Assembly (NCBI RefSeq): GCF_009914755.1
Contig: NC_060945.1
Strand: one strand, 5' to 3'
From: the human T2T-CHM13v2.0 reference genome, Homo sapiens
Length of the DNA stretch: 64,000 nt
Both the position numbers and the translations under genes were made by a program. The notes under the pieces are model-generated. The model made no database searches, was not told the origin of the DNA, and was given only the letters and a program-made list of their open reading frames with translations. Shown in pieces: positions 58,497 through 64,000 of this stretch. The first letter of the stretch is position 1. Each line of letters starts with the position of its first letter.

Positions 58497-61400
58497 CCTC
58501 ACATAGGATTCCAGAACACTGCTGGGTTCTGAGTGTTTGTCCCTCACATAGGATTCCAGAACTGTTCTGTAATCCTTTGTAAGGGATAAACATTCAGACC
58601 CTCGTAGCAGTGTTCCGGAATCCTATGTGAGGGACAAAAACTCAGAACCCAGCAGCAGTGTTCTGGAATTCTGTGTGAGCGACAAACATTCAGAACTTCG
58701 TAGCAGTGTTCTGGAATTCTATGTGAGGGACAAACACTCAAAACCCAGCAGCAGTGTTCTGGAATCCAATGTGAGGTACAAACACTCAGAACCCAGCAGC
58801 AGTGTTCTGGAATCCTATGTGAGGGAAAAACAGTCTGAACTCAGCAGCAGGTTTCCGGAATCCCATGAGAGGGACAAATACTCAAAACCCAGCAGCAGTG
58901 TTCTGGGATCCTATGTGAGGGACAAACACTCAGAAGCAGTGTTCTGGAACCTTATGTGAGGGACAAACACTCAGAACCCAGCAGCAGTGTTCTGGAATCC
59001 TATGTGATGGACAAACACCCAGAACCCATCCACTGTCTTCTGGAATCCTATCTGAGGGACAAACATTCAGACACTCGTAGAAGTGTTCTGGAATCCTATG
59101 TGAGGAACAAACACTCAGCAACCAGGAGCAGTGCTCTGAAATCCTTTGTAAGGGACAAACAAACAGAATCCAGTAGCAGGGTTCCAGAATCCTTTCTGAG
59201 GGAAAAACATTCAGACCCTCTTAGCAGTGTTCTGGAATCCTATGTGTGGGACATTCAGACCCTCATAGCAGTGTTCTGGAAACCAATGTGAGTGCCAAAC
59301 ACTCAGAACCCAGCAGCAGTGTTCTGGAATACTTGGTAAGGAACAAACATTCAGACAATCGTAGCATTGTTCTGGAATCCTAAGTGAGGGACAAACACTC
59401 AGAAATGAGCTACAGTGTTCTAGAATTCTATGTAAGGAACAAACCCTCAGTACCGAGCGGCAGTGTTCTGGAATCCTATGTGAGGGACAAACACTCAGAA
59501 CAAAGCAGCAGTGTTCTGGAATCCTCTGTGAAAGACAAACACTCAGATCCCAGCAGCAGTGTTCTGATACCCTATGTGAGGGACAAACACTCAGAACCCA
59601 GCCACTGTGCTCTGAAATCCTATCTGAAGGACAAACATTCGGAGCCTCGTAGAATTGTTCTGGAATCCTATGTGAGGGACAAACACTCAGAAACTTATAG
59701 CAGTGTTCTGGGATCCTTTGTGATGGACAAACAAACAGAGCCCAGCAGCAGTGTTCTGGAATCCTATTTGACAGACAAACACTCAGAACTCAGAAGCAGT
59801 GTTCTGGAATCCTTTGTGAGGGACAAACATTCAGAACCTAGTAGCAGTGTTCTGGAATTGTATGTGAGGGACAAACACTCAGAACCCAGCAGCAGTGTTC
59901 TGGAATCCTATGTGAGTGACAAACACTAAGAAACCAGCAGCAGTGTTCTAGACTCCTTTGTGAGGGACAAACATTCAGACCATCGAAGCAGTGTTCTGGA
60001 ATCCTGTGTGAGGGACAAACACTCAGATCCAGCAGCAGTGTTCTAAAATCCTTTGTGATGGACAAAAATTCAGACCGTCGTAGCCGTTTTCTGGAATCCA
60101 AAGTGAGGGACAAACACTCAGAACCCAGCAGCAGTGTTCTGGAATCCTATGTGAGGGACAAACATTCAGAACCCAGCAGCAGTGTTCTGGAATACTCTGT
60201 GAGGGAAAAACATTCAGACCCTCGTAGCAATGTTCTGGAATCCTATATGAGGGGCACACACTCAGAACCCCGCAACAGTGTTCTGGAGTCCTTTGTGAGG
60301 GAAAAACATTCAGACCCTCGAAGCAGTGTTCTGGAATCCTATGTGAGGGACAAACACTCAGAACCCAGCAGCAGTGTTCTGGAATCCTGTGTGAGTGTCA
60401 AACATTCAGAACCCAGCAGCATTGTTCTGGAATCCTATTTGAGCGACAAACATTCAGAACTTCGTACCTGTGTTCTGGAATGCTATGTGAGAGACAAACA
60501 CAGAACCGAGCAGCAGTGTTCTGGAATCCTATGTGAGGGAGAAACACTCGGAACCCAGCAGCAGTGTTCTGGAATCCTATGTGAGGGTCAAACACTAAGA
60601 ACCCAGCAGCAGTGTTCTGGAATCCTTTGTGAGGGACAAACATTCAGAACCTTGTAGTAGTGTTCTGGAATTTTATGTGAGGGAAAACACTCTGAACCCA
60701 ACAGGAGTGTTTTGGAATCCCATGTGAGGGACAAACACACAGATCCCCGCAGCAGTGCTCTGGAATACTTTGTGAGGGACAAACATTGAGACTCTCAAAG
60801 CAGTTTTCTGGAATCCATTGTGAGGGACAAACAGTCAGAACCCACCGCAGTGTTATGAATCCTTTGTGACGGACAAACATTCAGACCATCGTAGCAGTGT
60901 TCTGGTATCCTGAGTGAGGGACAAACACTCAGAAACCAGCAGCAGTGCTCTGGATTCCTTTGTGAGGGGTAAACAAACAGAACCCAGCAGGAGAGTTCTG
61001 GAATCCTATGTGAGGGACAAACACTCAGAACCCAGCAGCAGTTTTCTGGAATCCTTTGTGAGGGACAAGCATTCAGAAACTCGTAGAAGTGTTCTGGAAA
61101 CGTATGTGCGTGACAAACACTAAGAAACCAGCAGAAGTGCTCCCGAATCCTTTGACAGGGACAAACAAATAGAAACCAGCCACAGTGTTCTGGAAGCCTT
61201 TGTGGGGGAAAAACATTGAGACCCCCGTAGCAGTGTTCTGGAATCCTATATGAGGGACAAACACTCAGAACCCAGCAGCAGTGCTCTGGAATCCTTTGTG
61301 AGGGACAAACATTCAGACACTCAGCAGTGTTCTGGAATCCTATGTGAGGGGAAAACATTCAGATCGTCGTAGCATTGTTGTGGAATTCTATATATGGGAC

Positions 61401-64000
61401 AAACACTCAGAACCCAGCAGCAGTGCTCTGGAATCCTATGTGAGGGAAAAACACCCAGAACCCAGCAGGATTGTTCTGGAATGCTATGTGTGGGACAAAC
61501 ACTCAGAACCCAGCAGCAGAGGTCTGGAATCCTATGTGAGCTACACTCAGAACACAGCAGCTGTGTTCTGGAATCCTTAGTGACGTACAAAGTTTCAGAA
61601 CCTCACAGCAGTGTTCTGGAATCGTATGTGAGGGACACTCAGAACCCAGCAGCAGTGTTCTAGAATCCTTTGAGAGGGAAAAACATTCAGACCCTTGGAG
61701 CAGTGTTCTGGAATACTATGTGATGGACAAACACTCAGAACCCAGCAGCAATGTTCTGGAGTCCTTTGTGATGGACAAACATTCTGACCCTAGTAGCAGT
61801 GTTCTGCAATCCTATGTGGGGGACAAACACTCAGAACCCAGCAGCTGTGTTCTGGAATCCCATGTGAGGGATAAACTCTCAGAACCCAGCAGCAGTGTTC
61901 TGTAATCCTATATGAGTGAGAAACACTCAGAACCCTGCAGCAGTTTTGTAGATTCCACTGTGAGATACAAACATTCAGACCCTCGTAGAAGTGTTCTGGA
62001 ATCCTATGTGAGGGAAAAACTCTCAGAAACCTGCAGCAGTGCACTGGAGTCCCTTGTGAGGGACAAACAAACACAACTGAGCAGCAGTGTTCTGGAATCC
62101 TTTGAGAGGCAAAAATATTCAGACCCTCGTAGCAGTGTTCTGGAATCCTATGTGAGGGACAAACACTCAGAACCCAGCAGCAGTATTCTGGAATCCTATG
62201 TGGGGGACAAACACAACCCAGCCGCAGAGTTCTAGAATCCTCTGTGAGCGACAAACATTCAGAAATTCATAGCAGTATTCTGAAATCCTATATGAGGGAC
62301 AAACACTCAGAACCCAGCCACTGTGTTCTGGAATCCTATGTGTGGGACAATCATTCAGACCCTCGTAGCTGTGTTCTGTAATCCTATCTGAGGGACAAAC
62401 ATTCAGACCTTCGTATCAGTGTTCTGGAATCCTATGTGAGGGACAAACTCTCAGAACCCAGCAGCACTGTTCTGGAATCCTATGTGAGGGACAAACACTC
62501 AGTACCCAGCAGCAGTACTCTGGAATAATTTGTGAGGGACAAACATTCAGATCCTCGTAGCAGTGTTCTGGAATCTTATGTGAGGGACAAACACTCAGTA
62601 CCCAGCAGCAGTACTCTGGAATAATTTGTGAGGGACAAACATTCAGATCCTCGTAGCAGTGTTCTGGAATCTTATGTGAGGGACAAACACTTAGAACCCA
62701 GCAGCACTGTTCTGGAATCCTATGTGAAGGACAAACACTCTTAACCCAGCAGGAGTGCTCTGGACTACTTTGTGAGGGACAAACATTCAGACAATCATAG
62801 CAGTGTTCTGGAATCGTATGTGAGGGACAAACACTCAGAACCCAGCAACAGTGTTTTGGAATCCTATGTGAGGGACAAACCCTCAAACCTAGCAGCAGTG
62901 TTCTGTAATCCAATGTGAGGGGCAAACAGAGAGAACCCAGCAGCAGTGCTCTGTAATACTTTGTGACGGACAACATTCAGATAATCGTAGCAGTGTTCTG
63001 CAATCCTATGTGAGAGACAAACCCAAAGAAACCAGCAGCAGTGTTCTGGAATCCTATGTGAGGGACAAACCCTCAGAACCTAGCGGCAGTGTTCTGGAAT
63101 CCAATGAGAGGGACAAACACTCAGAACTCAGCAGCAGTGTTCTCTAATCCTTTGTGAGGGACAACATTCAGATCCTCGTAGCAGTGTTCTGGAATCCTAT
63201 GTGAGAGACAAACACTAAGAAACTAGCAGCAGTGTTCTGGAATCCTATGTGTGGGACAAACACTCAGAACCCAGCAGCAGTGTTCTGGAATCCTTTGTGA
63301 GGGTCAAACACTCAGACTCTCAGAGCAGTGTTCTGGAATCCTATGTGAGGGACAAGCATTCAGACCCTCATAGCACCATTCTGGAATGCTCTGTGAGGAA
63401 CAAATATTCAGACCCTCATAGCAGTGTTCTGGAATCATATGTGAGGTACAAAATCTCAGAACTCAGAAGCAGTATTCTTTAATTCTATGTGAGAGACAAA
63501 CCCTCAGAACCCAGCAGCAGTACTCTGGAATAATTTGTGAGGGACAAACATTCAGACAATCACAGCAGTGTTCTGGAAACCAATGTGAGGACCAAACACT
63601 CAGAACCCAGCAGCAGTGTTCTGGAATATTTGGTAAGGGACGAACATTCAGACAATCTTAGCAGTGTTCTGGAATCCAAAGTGACGGAGAAACACTCAGA
63701 AACGAGCTGCAGTGTTCTAGAATTCTATGTGAGGGACAAACACTCAGAACCCAGCAGCAGTGTTCTGGAATCCTTAGTGAATGACAAACGCTCAGAACCC
63801 AGAAGTAGTGTTTTAGACTGGTTTGTGAGATACAAACATTCAGACCCTCAAAGCAGTGTTGTGGAATCCTATTTGAGGGACAAACACTCATCACACAGCC
63901 ACTGTGTTCTGGAATCCTATCTAAAGGACAAATATTCGGAGCCTCTTAGAAGTGTTCTGGAATCCTATGTCAGGGACAAACATTCAGAAACCAGCAGCAG
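58497..64000. repeat. CER (D22Z3-type) 48-bp pericentromeric satellite array, running off the window
   Basis: Over 110 divergent tandem monomers of gtgttctggaatcctatgtgagggacaaacactcagaacccagcagca; two monomer types (cactcagaacccagc and cattcagaccctcgt). Confidence 0.93.

Noticed and set aside
58497-64000. CRISPR-like array or repeat-protein gene
   Set aside because: Monomers are contiguous with no unique spacers, there are no cas genes, the context is primate, and frames are broken by frequent stops and indels. It is CER satellite.

Overview
Primate, almost certainly human, pericentromeric segmental-duplication DNA; no intact protein-coding gene is supported. From left to right: two disabled exons of an ANKRD30/ANKRD26-family unprocessed pseudogene (+), the first split by an AluY. 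Then a dense L1/Alu/LTR mosaic (THE1, MER11 solo LTR, MER30, two inverted L1s), a 3'-truncated vomeronasal V1R pseudogene (-), and an unprocessed ZNF91-subfamily KRAB-C2H2 pseudogene (-; KRAB-A, KRAB-B and a ~25-finger exon). From ~58.5 kb to the window end lies a 48-bp CER satellite array. From memory this layout resembles the paralogous 21q11 (ANKRD30BP2/ZNF355P) and 13q11 (ZNF962P) blocks, but the copy cannot be assigned from sequence alone. I found no convincing novel biological system. The most unusual signals are structural: fold-back inverted junctions at three independent breakpoints, a 4297-bp higher-order duplication in the satellite, a templated insertion, nested AT-rich palindromes, a near-adjacent inverted Alu pair and unidentified exon-like relics on the minus strand. 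Repeat boundaries and subfamilies were called by eye and are approximate.
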